Source: Pseudofulvimonas gallinarii (GTDB lineage: Bacteria; Pseudomonadota; Gammaproteobacteria; Xanthomonadales; UBA2363). Taken from it: a stretch of DNA of 64,000 bases. Of the stretch, positions 1-9,165 are shown in pieces (position 1 is the stretch's first letter; each line of letters opens with the position of its first letter). The stretch lies in contig NZ_SMAF01000006.1 of NCBI RefSeq assembly GCF_004343305.1, positions 127,501 through 191,500 of the forward strand, in the 5' to 3' direction. The notes under the pieces are model-generated. The model had not been told where the DNA came from and ran no database searches. It saw nothing but the letters and a program-made list of their open reading frames with translations. The position numbers and the translations under genes were made by a program.

Positions 1-1445
1 AGTGGCCGCCCGAGTCGATCAGCGGACTGTCGGGGCGCGGCAGCATCACCGGCACGGGCCCACCGTAATAGCCCAGCGGCAGCAGGCGCGGATCCTCGAT
101 GCCGGTGTCCAAGGAATGGCGTTCACAACTCTGGTCGCTGGATGGGAAGAGGTTCAGCCCGTTGGAACGGATGTAGCCAATGCTGTTGTGCTCACATAGC
201 GGGCCAGAGGCGTAACTGAAAAGCAGGGATGCCTGCATCGAAATGCGACCGTAGGCTTCGGTTCTGATCAGTCCGGCTATGCGGGGCGCAACGACGATGT
301 CGAAGACGGTCGAAGCGAGCAGGTACAACTCGCTTTCGCCACGGACCCGCAGGGAATTGTCGGCGGTGTAGAACGTGCTGTTGACCACTATCGCCTGGGC
401 CTTGCTCACCAGTTCGATGTCGGTCCCCAGTAGCTCGCCATCCGCGTAACTCCTGTTCAGGACGAAGGTGCTGTTGCGTACGCTCAATGCGGCCCGGGTC
501 GTTCCTGAATAGGGCCCTTCGACGGAGATCGCACCGCCGCCATTATGGCTGCGGGTGCGCGCAGAGTTTTGTTCGAACAACGAATCGGAGATGTCGATCG
601 AATTGGCGCGCTGGACACGGATGGCTCCGCCGGGTCCGTATGCGAAGGGAAGGTCGTCCACATTGCCGTTCTTCCGGAACGTACTGCGAAGGACCGTCAC
701 ATTGTCCACGCGGTCCAGCGCTATCGCACCGCCGCCATGACCGCTTCCGGTGTAGCCGGTACCGGTCGTGGCGCGGTTCCGCTCGAACAGGCAATCCACG
801 ACGCGTACCGAGTTGACCTGTTTTCCTGGGAACGCACCGCCGAAATGGGCGAGTGCGGATTGCGCGTTGTTGCGGAACGTCACGTTCGAGAATGTCACCT
901 GGTCGGCCTGGCGCAATTGAACGGCGCTTCCGGCGTTGTCCCTGTTCCAGCCATCGTAGTTGTTGCCATCGACCAGCGCGATATTCGAGAGCCCGAAATC
1001 GTGTCCCGGATTGGCCATGTCCACCACGATCATGTGGCTGGCCCCTTTCGGGGCGCGGCGCAGGGTCACCAGGTCCCCGCCGTAGATCTGCACGGCCTGG
1101 GTGATGACCAGGTTCTGGCTCATCGGGATCTCACCCGGTCCCGGCAGCGCGAAGAGGATGACATCCCAACCGCTGGAGTCGCCGGCGGTGCAGGCATCGT
1201 ACCCGAGGTTGTAGTTGGCCGACGCAACCGCTTCGCGCAGGGAGCAGTCGCCATCGTTGTTCATTTCGTCATCGAGCGTGTTGACGATGATGGCGGCCGC
1301 CTGGGCCATCGGCGAGAGCGCGGCCAGCAGCAGCGTCATCACGACACGACGGAGCATGCTGGCCTGTCCCGACGCCGGGGGAGGGGACGCGGACCGCGTG
1401 GTGCCGTGGGCCTTGCGGGCATGCGTGCGCAGTTCGTTCGTCATG
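1..1445 (-). CDS. CSLREA-type parallel beta-helix repeat secreted protein, paralog A (N-terminal about 481 codons; C-terminus lies beyond window start)
   Basis: Minus-strand reading from ATG at 1443-1445 gives MTNELRTHARK...signal-like AALSPMAQAAAIIVNTLDDEMNNDGDCSLREAV, then beta-helix repeats closely matching paralog D (4926-6404). Runs off the window, so it is absent from the ORF track. Confidence 0.6.
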
Positions 1446-1448
1446 GCT

Positions 1449-3194
1449 TCAGTCCTCGAAGTCGTCGGCGAAAATGAGGTCGGTGCCGGCCGCCGACAGC
1501 TCGAACGCGCCGATGTCGCAGTGCGCATCGCCGTCGCCGTCGCCATCCATCGGGCGCGGTTGGCCGAGCAGGTCGCTGCCCAAGGGTGAGCACGGCAGCG
1601 AGGGCCAGGCGTCGATGGCCGGGCTGCCCGGTTGCGGCAGCACCGCGAGCGGATGGATCGGATGGTCGCTGACGCTGACCGCCACCATCGGGTCGGCGAA
1701 AAGATCGTCCCCATCCAGCAGCCGACAGCTGTGCACCGGCGACAGGTTGTAGCCGCCGGTCGCCGAGACAGGGCCGAGGAACTGGCATTCCTGCCCGACC
1801 GGCGGCAGTCCGGCGGCCGGCTTGAACAGGTTGCCGACCAGGGACAGGGACAGGAATGAGGACACGTCGACATCGAGCCACATCGAGCGCCCGCCGCCTT
1901 CGGGCAGCGAGCCTGTCAGTGACTGTGCGTGAAAGGTGTTGCCGGCGACGGTGGCGGGAAGGGGCACGGCGCGGCTTAACCCAGGCGTTAGGTGGCTGTG
2001 GTGAAAGGTGTTGCCGGCGACGGTGGCGGGAAGGGGCTGGGCGTCTGGCGAAACGCTGTGGAACCAGCTGCCGCCACGGTGTTGCGCCAGGTTGGCCGAG
2101 AACAGGTTGTTTTCCATCGCCAGGAAGACTTGACCGGTCGCCACGCCTCCTCCATCGGTGGCCTGGTTGCCGAGAAAACTGTTGCGGCGCAGGATGGCCG
2201 AACTCAGGTTGTTGTTGGCGGCACCACGCATGCGGATCGCCCCGCCGACACCCGCCTCGTTGTTGCCCAGCCGGGAGTCGCTGACGTAGGCAACGAAGCG
2301 CTGGGCTTCGCCTGCAGTGCCGGCGTCGACGCTGATGGCGCCGCCATCCGTCGCGGCCTGGTTGTTCGTGAACACGCTGGAAGATATGTCCAGATACGGC
2401 ATCTCCGCTTCCGGCGGATGGTTCGCCGCTACCTGGAAGCCGATTGCACCGCCGCGGCCCACTATGGCCTGGTTGTCGTCGAAGTAGCCGTCGAGCACGG
2501 TCACCCCGTGCCCACCGACTTCGTCCAGGAAGATCGCGCCGCCACGCCCTGCACGGTTGCCGGAAAACTGCACCTTGTCCAGGCGCAGGAAGCCATTGCC
2601 GTTGGCCTGGTACAGCCCGCCTCCCGCTCCCATCGGGGACGTGGCATTGCCGATGAACTGTACCTCGGTGAAGGTGGCGTCATCGCTGCTCAGATGGACG
2701 CCACCGCCGTGCCCCATCCGCCGTGTGCCGCCCTCGATACTGACCCCCTCCATTGAGAACGGGGAAGCCGTGGCGCGCACGCTCATGACGCGATGCTCCG
2801 TGGTAGCGGATGCCACCAGGCGGACCCGCCCCGGCAGCGTGCCCAAGACCGGGGGACGGATGCCAAGCGCATGCGGCTCGCCGGCGCCATATCCGGCGCT
2901 CAGCTCACCCGACAGCTGGATCGTCGCCACGTGCGGCGGGGACGTAAACAGGCTTTCGGCGAAGGTGATTTCATCATCGCCGGTGCCCGCCGGACAATCG
3001 GCGAAGGTGGCTGCGTCGTCGCTGGCGTTGGCCAGTGCTTCGCGCAGCGAGCACAGTCCGTCGGTGTCCGGCGGGATGGCATCGTCCACGGTGTTCACGG
3101 TGATCGTGGCGGCATAGGTATTCGCAGACGCCAGCGCACCGATCGCGGTGAGCAGCACGCCCGGCAACCGGCGCAGAGGATGGATAAGGTTCAT
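1449..3194 (-). CDS. CSLREA-type parallel beta-helix repeat secreted protein, paralog B (581 aa)
   Basis: Track ORF 1449..3668(-). Internal start MNLIHPLRRLPGVLLTAIGALASA, a signal peptide, preceded by GGAGAGA RBS. Motifs TVNTVDDAIPPDTDGLCSLREALANA, repeated GG(A/G)(I/L) beta-helix turns, C-terminal DGDGDGDAHCDIGAFELSAAGTDLIFADDFED. Confidence 0.75.
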   Translation of the reverse strand: MNLIHPLRRLPGVLLTAIGALASANTYAATITVNTVDDAIPPDTDGLCSLREALANASDDAATFADCPAGTGDDEITFAESLFTSPPHVATIQLSGELSAGYGAGEPHALGIRPPVLGTLPGRVRLVASATTEHRVMSVRATASPFSMEGVSIEGGTRRMGHGGGVHLSSDDATFTEVQFIGNATSPMGAGGGLYQANGNGFLRLDKVQFSGNRAGRGGAIFLDEVGGHGVTVLDGYFDDNQAIVGRGGAIGFQVAANHPPEAEMPYLDISSSVFTNNQAATDGGAISVDAGTAGEAQRFVAYVSDSRLGNNEAGVGGAIRMRGAANNNLSSAILRRNSFLGNQATDGGGVATGQVFLAMENNLFSANLAQHRGGSWFHSVSPDAQPLPATVAGNTFHHSHLTPGLSRAVPLPATVAGNTFHAQSLTGSLPEGGGRSMWLDVDVSSFLSLSLVGNLFKPAAGLPPVGQECQFLGPVSATGGYNLSPVHSCRLLDGDDLFADPMVAVSVSDHPIHPLAVLPQPGSPAIDAWPSLPCSPLGSDLLGQPRPMDGDGDGDAHCDIGAFELSAAGTDLIFADDFED

Positions 3195-3222
3195 GGCGGG
3201 TCTCTCCTCGATGGGTGAATGG

Positions 3223-4896
3223 TCATTCGAAGCCGTCGGCGAAAATGAGGTCGGTGCCGGCCGCCGACAGCTCGAAGGCGCCGATGTCGCAGTGGGCCTC
3301 GCCGTCGCCGTCGCCATCCAACGGGCGTGGATTGCCAAGCAGGTCCATGTGGGAAGTACATGCGCCGGTGGGCCAGCCGTCGATGGCCGGGCTGCCGGAT
3401 TGCGGCAGTACCTGCAACGGATGCAGTGCGTGTCCGCTGGCGCTGGTAGCCACCATCGGATCGGCCAGGATGTCGTTGCCGGGGTTGTGCCACAGGCAAG
3501 CGGCATCCGGCGAGAGGTTGTCCCAGCTAGTGGGCACCAAAGTGCTCCCGGCGCGCACACACTCCTCCAGGTCCGGCGGCAGATCGATCGCCGGCGCGAA
3601 CAGGTTGCCAAGCATGACCCACCTGGGGGACTGGGTCGAATCGATCTGCAACCAGAGGGTGCGGCCATTGCGGAGCGGATCCGAACCGGTCAGGTGCTGC
3701 TGGTGGAACGTATTGCCTCGCATCTCGCCGTCGATCTGGTGGGTCTCGGACGAGAGGAGGTGGTACAAGGCACCGCCACGCACCTCGGCGGCGTTGCCGG
3801 AGAACAGATTGTCGGCCAGCGTCAGGCGCAGATCGGCGGTGCGGAGAGCGCCGCCGTTTCCGGCCTCGTTCGCGATGAAACTGTTGCGATTCAGGATCAA
3901 TGTACTCAGCGTATTGTGCGGTGTGCCACGAACGGACAACGCGCCGCCATTGTTTGCGTCGTTGGCGCTGAACCGGTTGTTGTTGATGTTGGCGATGAAC
4001 GCTTGATTGGCGCCGTCCTCTCCCGAGGTGATGTAGATCGCGCCGCCTTCGATCGAAGCGTGGTTGTCGTCAAAAATGCTTCCGCTAATGTTCAGCTTCG
4101 GAGGCTGGGCCTCGGGCGAGAGGCCGGGCTGCACCCGGAAAGCGATGGCGCCGCCGCGGCCGGCCCAGGCGTTGTTGTCGACGAACTGGCTGCCCTGGAT
4201 GGTTACGAAGTGTGCACGCACGTTGTTCAGGGAAATGGCGCCGCCCGTCAAGGCGGTGTTCCCCTCGAAGCGCACCCCGTAAATCTGCAGCACCCCCTCG
4301 CCATCGGCCTGGTACAGGCCGCCACCGACACCGGTGGCGGTCTGGTTTCCGATGAAGCTCACGTCCCGGAAGATCGCATCGTTGCAGGCCAGCAGAATGC
4401 CGGCGCCATTGCCCGAGGTCTGGCCGCCGCCTTCGATGCTGATCCGCTCGAGTTCGAATGTGGCAACCGCTGCGCGAACGTGCATCACGCGATGCGGCGA
4501 AGTGGTGGAGGCCACCAGCCGGACACGCCGCGCAACGCCCGTGGAGCTGGGCGGCCGGATCTGAAGCGCGTGCTTCGTGCCGGTGTCCTTGCCAGCTTCC
4601 AGCATGCCGGACAAGTGGATGGTCGCCGTGTACTGGCTGATCGGCCGGAACAGCGCGCTGACGAAGGTGATCTTGTCATTGCCGGTGCCTGCCGCGCAGT
4701 CGGGATACGTGGCCGCGTCGTCGCTGGCATTGGCGAGTGCTTCGCGCAGCGAGCACTCGCCGTCGGTGGCCGGCGGGATGGCATCGTCCACGGTGGTGAC
4801 GGTGATGGTGGCGGCCTGGGCTGCTGGAATCGCCAGCATGGCGGCCAAGGCGAGCGCGGCCGCACGCTTGCGGCTCGAGGAAGCATTCGTGGTCAT
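3223..4896 (-). CDS. CSLREA-type parallel beta-helix repeat secreted protein, paralog C
   Basis: Track ORF 3223..4929(-). Signal peptide MTTNASSSRKRAAALALAAMLAIPAAQA, then TVTTVDDAIPPATDGECSLREALANASDD; C-terminus DGDGDGEAHCDIGAFELSAAGTDLIFADGFE. Alternative GTG start at 4929 would overlap the stop of paralog D. Confidence 0.72.
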   Translation of the reverse strand: MTTNASSSRKRAAALALAAMLAIPAAQAATITVTTVDDAIPPATDGECSLREALANASDDAATYPDCAAGTGNDKITFVSALFRPISQYTATIHLSGMLEAGKDTGTKHALQIRPPSSTGVARRVRLVASTTSPHRVMHVRAAVATFELERISIEGGGQTSGNGAGILLACNDAIFRDVSFIGNQTATGVGGGLYQADGEGVLQIYGVRFEGNTALTGGAISLNNVRAHFVTIQGSQFVDNNAWAGRGGAIAFRVQPGLSPEAQPPKLNISGSIFDDNHASIEGGAIYITSGEDGANQAFIANINNNRFSANDANNGGALSVRGTPHNTLSTLILNRNSFIANEAGNGGALRTADLRLTLADNLFSGNAAEVRGGALYHLLSSETHQIDGEMRGNTFHQQHLTGSDPLRNGRTLWLQIDSTQSPRWVMLGNLFAPAIDLPPDLEECVRAGSTLVPTSWDNLSPDAACLWHNPGNDILADPMVATSASGHALHPLQVLPQSGSPAIDGWPTGACTSHMDLLGNPRPLDGDGDGEAHCDIGAFELSAAGTDLIFADGFE

Positions 4897-4925
4897 GGCA
4901 AGGATTTCCAGTGCGGAACGAGGAT

Positions 4926-6404
4926 TCACTCAAAGCCGTCGGCGAAGATGTCGTCGACGAGAATCAGGTCGTGGTCCGGGTTGAACTCCACCGCGCCGAC
5001 ATCGCACAGCGGTGTTCCGCTGCCGGTGCCCGATACCGGGCGCGGCAGGCCGCGTGCGTCGATGGCGACATCCGTGCCGCATGTCGCGCCTGCCGCGTCG
5101 ATGAGCGGGCTGTCGATGCGTGGCAGCATCACCGGCACCGGGCCGCCGTAGTCGCCCAGCGGCATCAGGCGCGGGTCGTCGATGCCCTGGTCCGATGGCG
5201 CCAGGTTGCAGCTGGTATCGCCTTGCTGAAAGCGGTTGTTTCCACCGGAAAAGACCGTGCCCTCTTCCGATGCGGTGCACAGTGGATGGGCCGGGCTGCC
5301 GAACAGGACGCTGCGATCCAAGTAAACCACGCCCTGGGGGGAGCCGTTCAGGAAACCCAGATGACTGTCGTTGCCGATGAAGGTCGAGGTGTTGATGATG
5401 GCCTCGCCGTAGTTCAAGGCCTGGACGGCGCCTTTCGTGTCATGGAAGGTGCTGTTGACGATGTGCGCGCGTACCGGAAAGTCGACGACGATGTCACCCC
5501 CGGAAGAGCCGCCACGGTTGCCGGAGAATGTGGTCCGGTGTACCGACAGCGCGCCCACGGATTCGATCGTGCCCCTGACGTGGAGGGCGCCTCCTCCCTG
5601 GAGGAGGGCGGTGTTGTTCACAAACACCGAGTCGGAAATGCGGGCCTGGTCGAAGTCCTCCAGCCGCAGCGCGGCGCCGAATCCGTACTGGCGGTGGTGG
5701 TTGTTCCGGAACGTCGTGTACCGGATCGTGACTTCGGGCACGCCCCGCAGCCACATCGCCGCGCCACCCCACCCCTCGTAGCCGGGCCTGGAGGCGGCCT
5801 GGGTTTCGTTGTCCTCGAAGCGGCTGTTCTCCACCGTTACCGACGCCACCGAGCCGAATCCGAGTGCGCCGCCCAGGTGCGCGACGGCCGATTGCGAGTT
5901 GTTGCGGAACGTGACGTTCCAGAACTTCACCGGGCCGGCGCGCTTGAGCTGTACCGCCGTACCGGCGACCTGCAGTTCGGACAACTGGGTCCAGCCGCCG
6001 CTCAGCGTCAGGTTCTGCAGCTCGAACTTGTGCGCCGGATTGGTCATGTTGACCTCGAATATCCGGTAGGCCGTGGTCAGCCGGAGGTGCTGGTTGGTGC
6101 CGATGATGGCCAGTGCCTGGGTCACCACCATGATCTGGCTCACCGGGATCTCGCCGCCCTGGAGGTTCGCGGCGAAGAGAATGACGTCGAGGCCGCCGCC
6201 GGTGTTGTGGCCGGCGGTGCAGGCATCGACCGCCACATTGGTGTTGGCCGCTTGCACGGCCTCACGCAGCGAACAGTCGCCATCGTTGTTGAGTTCGTCA
6301 TCCAGCGTGTTGACGATGATGAACGCCGCATGCGCCGCCGGGGCCATCAGCGCGATCAGCAGCACGCAGGCTGCGTGGCGAAGGAACCTGTTGAACCAAT
6401 GCAT
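4926..6404 (-). CDS. CSLREA-type parallel beta-helix repeat secreted protein, paralog D
   Basis: Track ORF 4926..6848(-). Chosen start MHWFNRFLRHAACVLLIALMAPAAHA is a signal peptide. Then IIVNTLDDELNNDGDCSLREAVQAAN; C-terminus GSGTPLCDVGAVEFNPDHDLILVDDIFADGFE. Confidence 0.68.
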   Translation of the reverse strand: MHWFNRFLRHAACVLLIALMAPAAHAAFIIVNTLDDELNNDGDCSLREAVQAANTNVAVDACTAGHNTGGGLDVILFAANLQGGEIPVSQIMVVTQALAIIGTNQHLRLTTAYRIFEVNMTNPAHKFELQNLTLSGGWTQLSELQVAGTAVQLKRAGPVKFWNVTFRNNSQSAVAHLGGALGFGSVASVTVENSRFEDNETQAASRPGYEGWGGAAMWLRGVPEVTIRYTTFRNNHHRQYGFGAALRLEDFDQARISDSVFVNNTALLQGGGALHVRGTIESVGALSVHRTTFSGNRGGSSGGDIVVDFPVRAHIVNSTFHDTKGAVQALNYGEAIINTSTFIGNDSHLGFLNGSPQGVVYLDRSVLFGSPAHPLCTASEEGTVFSGGNNRFQQGDTSCNLAPSDQGIDDPRLMPLGDYGGPVPVMLPRIDSPLIDAAGATCGTDVAIDARGLPRPVSGTGSGTPLCDVGAVEFNPDHDLILVDDIFADGFE

Positions 6405-6934
6405 TGCACAGTCCTTGACAACGGAACAGGTGACTGGATGGCCGGGCGGGGCAGCCGCCGGGGCGGAAGCTGGAACTGGCTGGATGCACTGCATGGTGGT
6501 TTCTCCCGATTCCATTCCGGTTTTCCTGGCGTCGTGCCGGCTTGACAGCGAAGCGGAGTGATCCTTCCGGAACGGTGCGGAGCGGAACCACCTGACGGTC
6601 GCGCTCGCGTATTCCGGTCCGTGCCGACATGGATGGAGAGCACATTGCAGGACGCGTGCCAGTCCTTCTGTGCTGAAGAAACAGAGACTTGCGGCCGTCA
6701 ACGTGCATTGACGTCGCACTTCCGCGACGATCTGCCTCATTGCCGAGACGGTTGCACCCGGCCCGGACGGAAGGCGCCTGGATGTGCCGGATGCGTGCGC
6801 GATGTATCGTCGCGGCGCAAGGCGACCGCGTGCGGGCGCCGGGGCCATGGAAAAGGGCAGGCGCCAGCCGCCCCGGGAAATCTCGCAGCGACGTCAGCGG
6901 GCGCCGGGACGCATCGCCCGGGCCGGGCACACCT

Positions 6935-7315
6935 TCAGGGCGTTGGGTCGGGCCGGACCGACACGGTCATGGTGAACGGCCGTGGCTCACCCGAACGCCA
7001 GTCGAGATTCTCGATGCAGAAGTACAGTTTGCCCTCAAGCACGGTGGTGCGTGCCGTCGTGCGGTGGCTGTGGTCGATCTCGCTTCTGCAGAAAATGATC
7101 TGGCCTCCCTCGGCATGCAGGGTCGCCTCGGCCTCGCGTCCCGCCTCCACGCCGGTGATGACATACGTGGGAGAGCGGTCGGAAAGCTGCCCGCTGATGG
7201 TGAGGGGGGAGCCGTCCTCGGGGAACGGCACCTCGATTTCCTGCGTGAAGCCGGCTCCGGCGTGAAGCAGGGTGGCCGCGTTCATCGCAATCAGGCAGAA
7301 CCGGTTTTTCGCCAT
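6935..7315 (-). CDS. small secreted hypothetical protein (about 127 aa)
   Basis: Track ORF 6935..7342(-). GGAGGA sits 6 nt before the third ATG, giving MAKNRFCLIAMNAATLLHAGAG, a signal peptide. No recognisable domain. Confidence 0.45.
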   Translation of the reverse strand: MAKNRFCLIAMNAATLLHAGAGFTQEIEVPFPEDGSPLTISGQLSDRSPTYVITGVEAGREAEATLHAEGGQIIFCRSEIDHSHRTTARTTVLEGKLYFCIENLDWRSGEPRPFTMTVSVRPDPTP

Positions 7316-7375
7316 CGCCATTCCTCCATACAGGTCTGTCAACCAGCCGATGCATCCGTTGACACAGGGGTGGAA

Positions 7376-7870
7376 CTAGTCGCATCCGGTCCAGGGATTT
7401 CCGCACGCACTTCCGGGCGGCATCCAGCCACGCAACACCGGGTTGTCGATCTCCGTGCCAGTGACGGGCAGCTCGACTTCCACCCAGTCCTCACGGCAGC
7501 CCGCCAGGGGAAGGTCGATGGCGAACAGTGAAATGTCGATCGTTTCCGACGTCCGACCGGCGCGCTGGTGCACCTTGTACTTCCGTGGCGGCCGCACCGC
7601 CAGTTTCACGGCGGGGACCCAGCCGCTGCCGGTGAAGGCTTCGCTGCCACGCGAGTCCACGGCGTGCACGACCCGCGTCCACTCGCCGCTGTGTTCGACC
7701 ACCGCGAAAACCGTCCGTCCGGGGTCTGCCGGCACGGTCGCGATGGAGGCGAAATCGTTGCCGGGGCCACTACGGACCTCGATGGCCGTTTCCGGGTCCA
7801 GGGAGAAGGCGTGGATGTCGCACGAGGTGGCGGCATGCGTGGGCGGACACAGGCACGCCAGCACGATCAC
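7376..7870 (-). CDS. secreted SH3b-like hypothetical protein, paralog 1 (start uncertain)
   Basis: Track ORF 7376..8065(-). Mature-like region ATSCDIHAF...GWVPAVKLAVRPP...GWMPPGSACGNPWTGCD is paralogous to 8014..8550. Only a GTG start is plausible in front of the hydrophobic segment IVLACLCPPTHA; the long ATG-initiated N-terminus is not signal-like. Confidence 0.4.
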   Translation of the reverse strand: MIVLACLCPPTHAATSCDIHAFSLDPETAIEVRSGPGNDFASIATVPADPGRTVFAVVEHSGEWTRVVHAVDSRGSEAFTGSGWVPAVKLAVRPPRKYKVHQRAGRTSETIDISLFAIDLPLAGCREDWVEVELPVTGTEIDNPVLRGWMPPGSACGNPWTGCD

Positions 7871-8013
7871 GACACGGGCGCCGGCGCGGGCGGCCGCGAT
7901 GCCCGGCGACCATGCAGCATGTCGGCAGGACGGGGAGGGCCCGTTCCGCGTATCCGCTGGCCATCGGCCCGGGAGAAACCGCCTTGGCTGGAAGGCCGTA
8001 CCGGGTACGCCGT

Positions 8014-8550
8014 TCACATGCAGTCCTCCCAGGGGCTGCCGCACCAGCTGCCGCGGGGAAGCCATCCTTCCAGATCTTCGCCGCCGCGCACGGGGACGAC
8101 GATCTTCATCCAGTCATCCGAACAGGCGAGCAGGTTCACGTCGAGCTCCGCCCTGAGGCTGCCGAGTACCTCGCTCTTCCGGTCGGGAGAGGCGTGAAAC
8201 GGAACCAGGTCATCGTGCGGATCGATGGTGCGCACGGCGAGCTGCGGTGCATGTATCCAGCCGGCGCCATCGAACACGCGCGTCCTGGTTGCATCGACAG
8301 CCGACGCCACGTTGATCCAGTCCTTCCTCGCGCCCTTCAGCAAGACCAGTGTTCCTCCAGGACTCGGTGGCAGCTTGCCCACGATGGGCGACGAGACATC
8401 GGCGTCGGCATGGATCTCGACCGTTCCGTAGGGATTGGCGACGAAAGCGGCAACGTCGCATTCCGTTGCCGACTGCGCCAGCCCGGGAACCGCGAAGGCC
8501 GCCAGCAGCAGCGGACGCGGGGAGCGCTTACGGGTGTGTTCGTTCATGGA
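8014..8550 (-). CDS. secreted SH3b-like hypothetical protein, paralog 2 (178 aa)
   Basis: Internal start MNEHTRKRSPRPLLLAAFAVPGLAQS (signal peptide) with CAGGAGA RBS. Carries ATECDVAAF...GWIHAPQLAVRT...GWLPRGSWCGSPWEDCM. Its ATG overlaps the stop of the upstream lipoprotein gene (ATGA). Confidence 0.55.
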   Translation of the reverse strand, partial: SMNEHTRKRSPRPLLLAAFAVPGLAQSATECDVAAFVANPYGTVEIHADADVSSPIVGKLPPSPGGTLVLLKGARKDWINVASAVDATRTRVFDGAGWIHAPQLAVRTIDPHDDLVPFHASPDRKSEVLGSLRAELDVNLLACSDDWMKIVVPVRGGEDLEGWLPRGSWCGSPWEDCM

Positions 8551-9155
8551 GTCTCCTGGAGGCGATGTGCCGTGAAAGTACCGCGGACGCTTCCATCGGC
8601 ATCGGCAATGTCGATTTCCGCAGAGACTTCCATCGCGGCTGCCGGCAGGATCCGCACCAGGCCACTGGCCTCGCGGCCTCCCAGTAACGTGACCGAATCC
8701 CGACCGTTCCTGTAACGGGCGATGAGCACCGTGCCGACCCTGTTGAAAGGCGTCGACGCCGGCCTGTACTCGCCGGGCCGGATCGGGGCATCGGCAGGCG
8801 TGTCCATTCCGGCCTCGATCTGTATGTCCACGCGGAACTGCCCGGGCGAGTGGATCCTTCGGAAGTCCTCCAGCCCCGCCCTGGCCGCCTGCAGGTCGTA
8901 GTTGGCCAGAAGGATGCGGTGGACGGTGGCGGGTACGCGCTCCTGCGGGTTCGCGATGGCCGCGTCCGTCAGGACCAGGTTCTTCCGGTAGGTCGAGAAC
9001 GTCGCGTAGGTCGGTTCGAACGGGACGGCTTCGCCATCGAAATTCAACGTGATCGCCGGCGGCCCGTCTTGGCCGGACTGGCCGGGACGGGGGCTGTCGG
9101 CACATCCGGCAAGCAGCGCCGACAGCATCATCGCCTTGACGGTTGACCGTTTCAT
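8544..9155 (-). CDS. lipoprotein, hypothetical (203 aa)
   Basis: Track ORF 8544..9230(-). Internal start MKRSTVKAMMLSALLAGCADSP carries a lipobox LAGC. No recognised domain. Confidence 0.5.
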   Translation of the reverse strand: MKRSTVKAMMLSALLAGCADSPRPGQSGQDGPPAITLNFDGEAVPFEPTYATFSTYRKNLVLTDAAIANPQERVPATVHRILLANYDLQAARAGLEDFRRIHSPGQFRVDIQIEAGMDTPADAPIRPGEYRPASTPFNRVGTVLIARYRNGRDSVTLLGGREASGLVRILPAAAMEVSAEIDIADADGSVRGTFTAHRLQETP

Positions 9156-9165
9156 CCGGCGCCGG

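Noticed and set aside
545-1477. Plus-strand ORFs (545-1477 and 3148-5151) overlapping the beta-helix paralogs
   Set aside because: Same antisense artefact. The minus strand carries the conserved CSLREA, beta-helix and CDIGAFE motifs.
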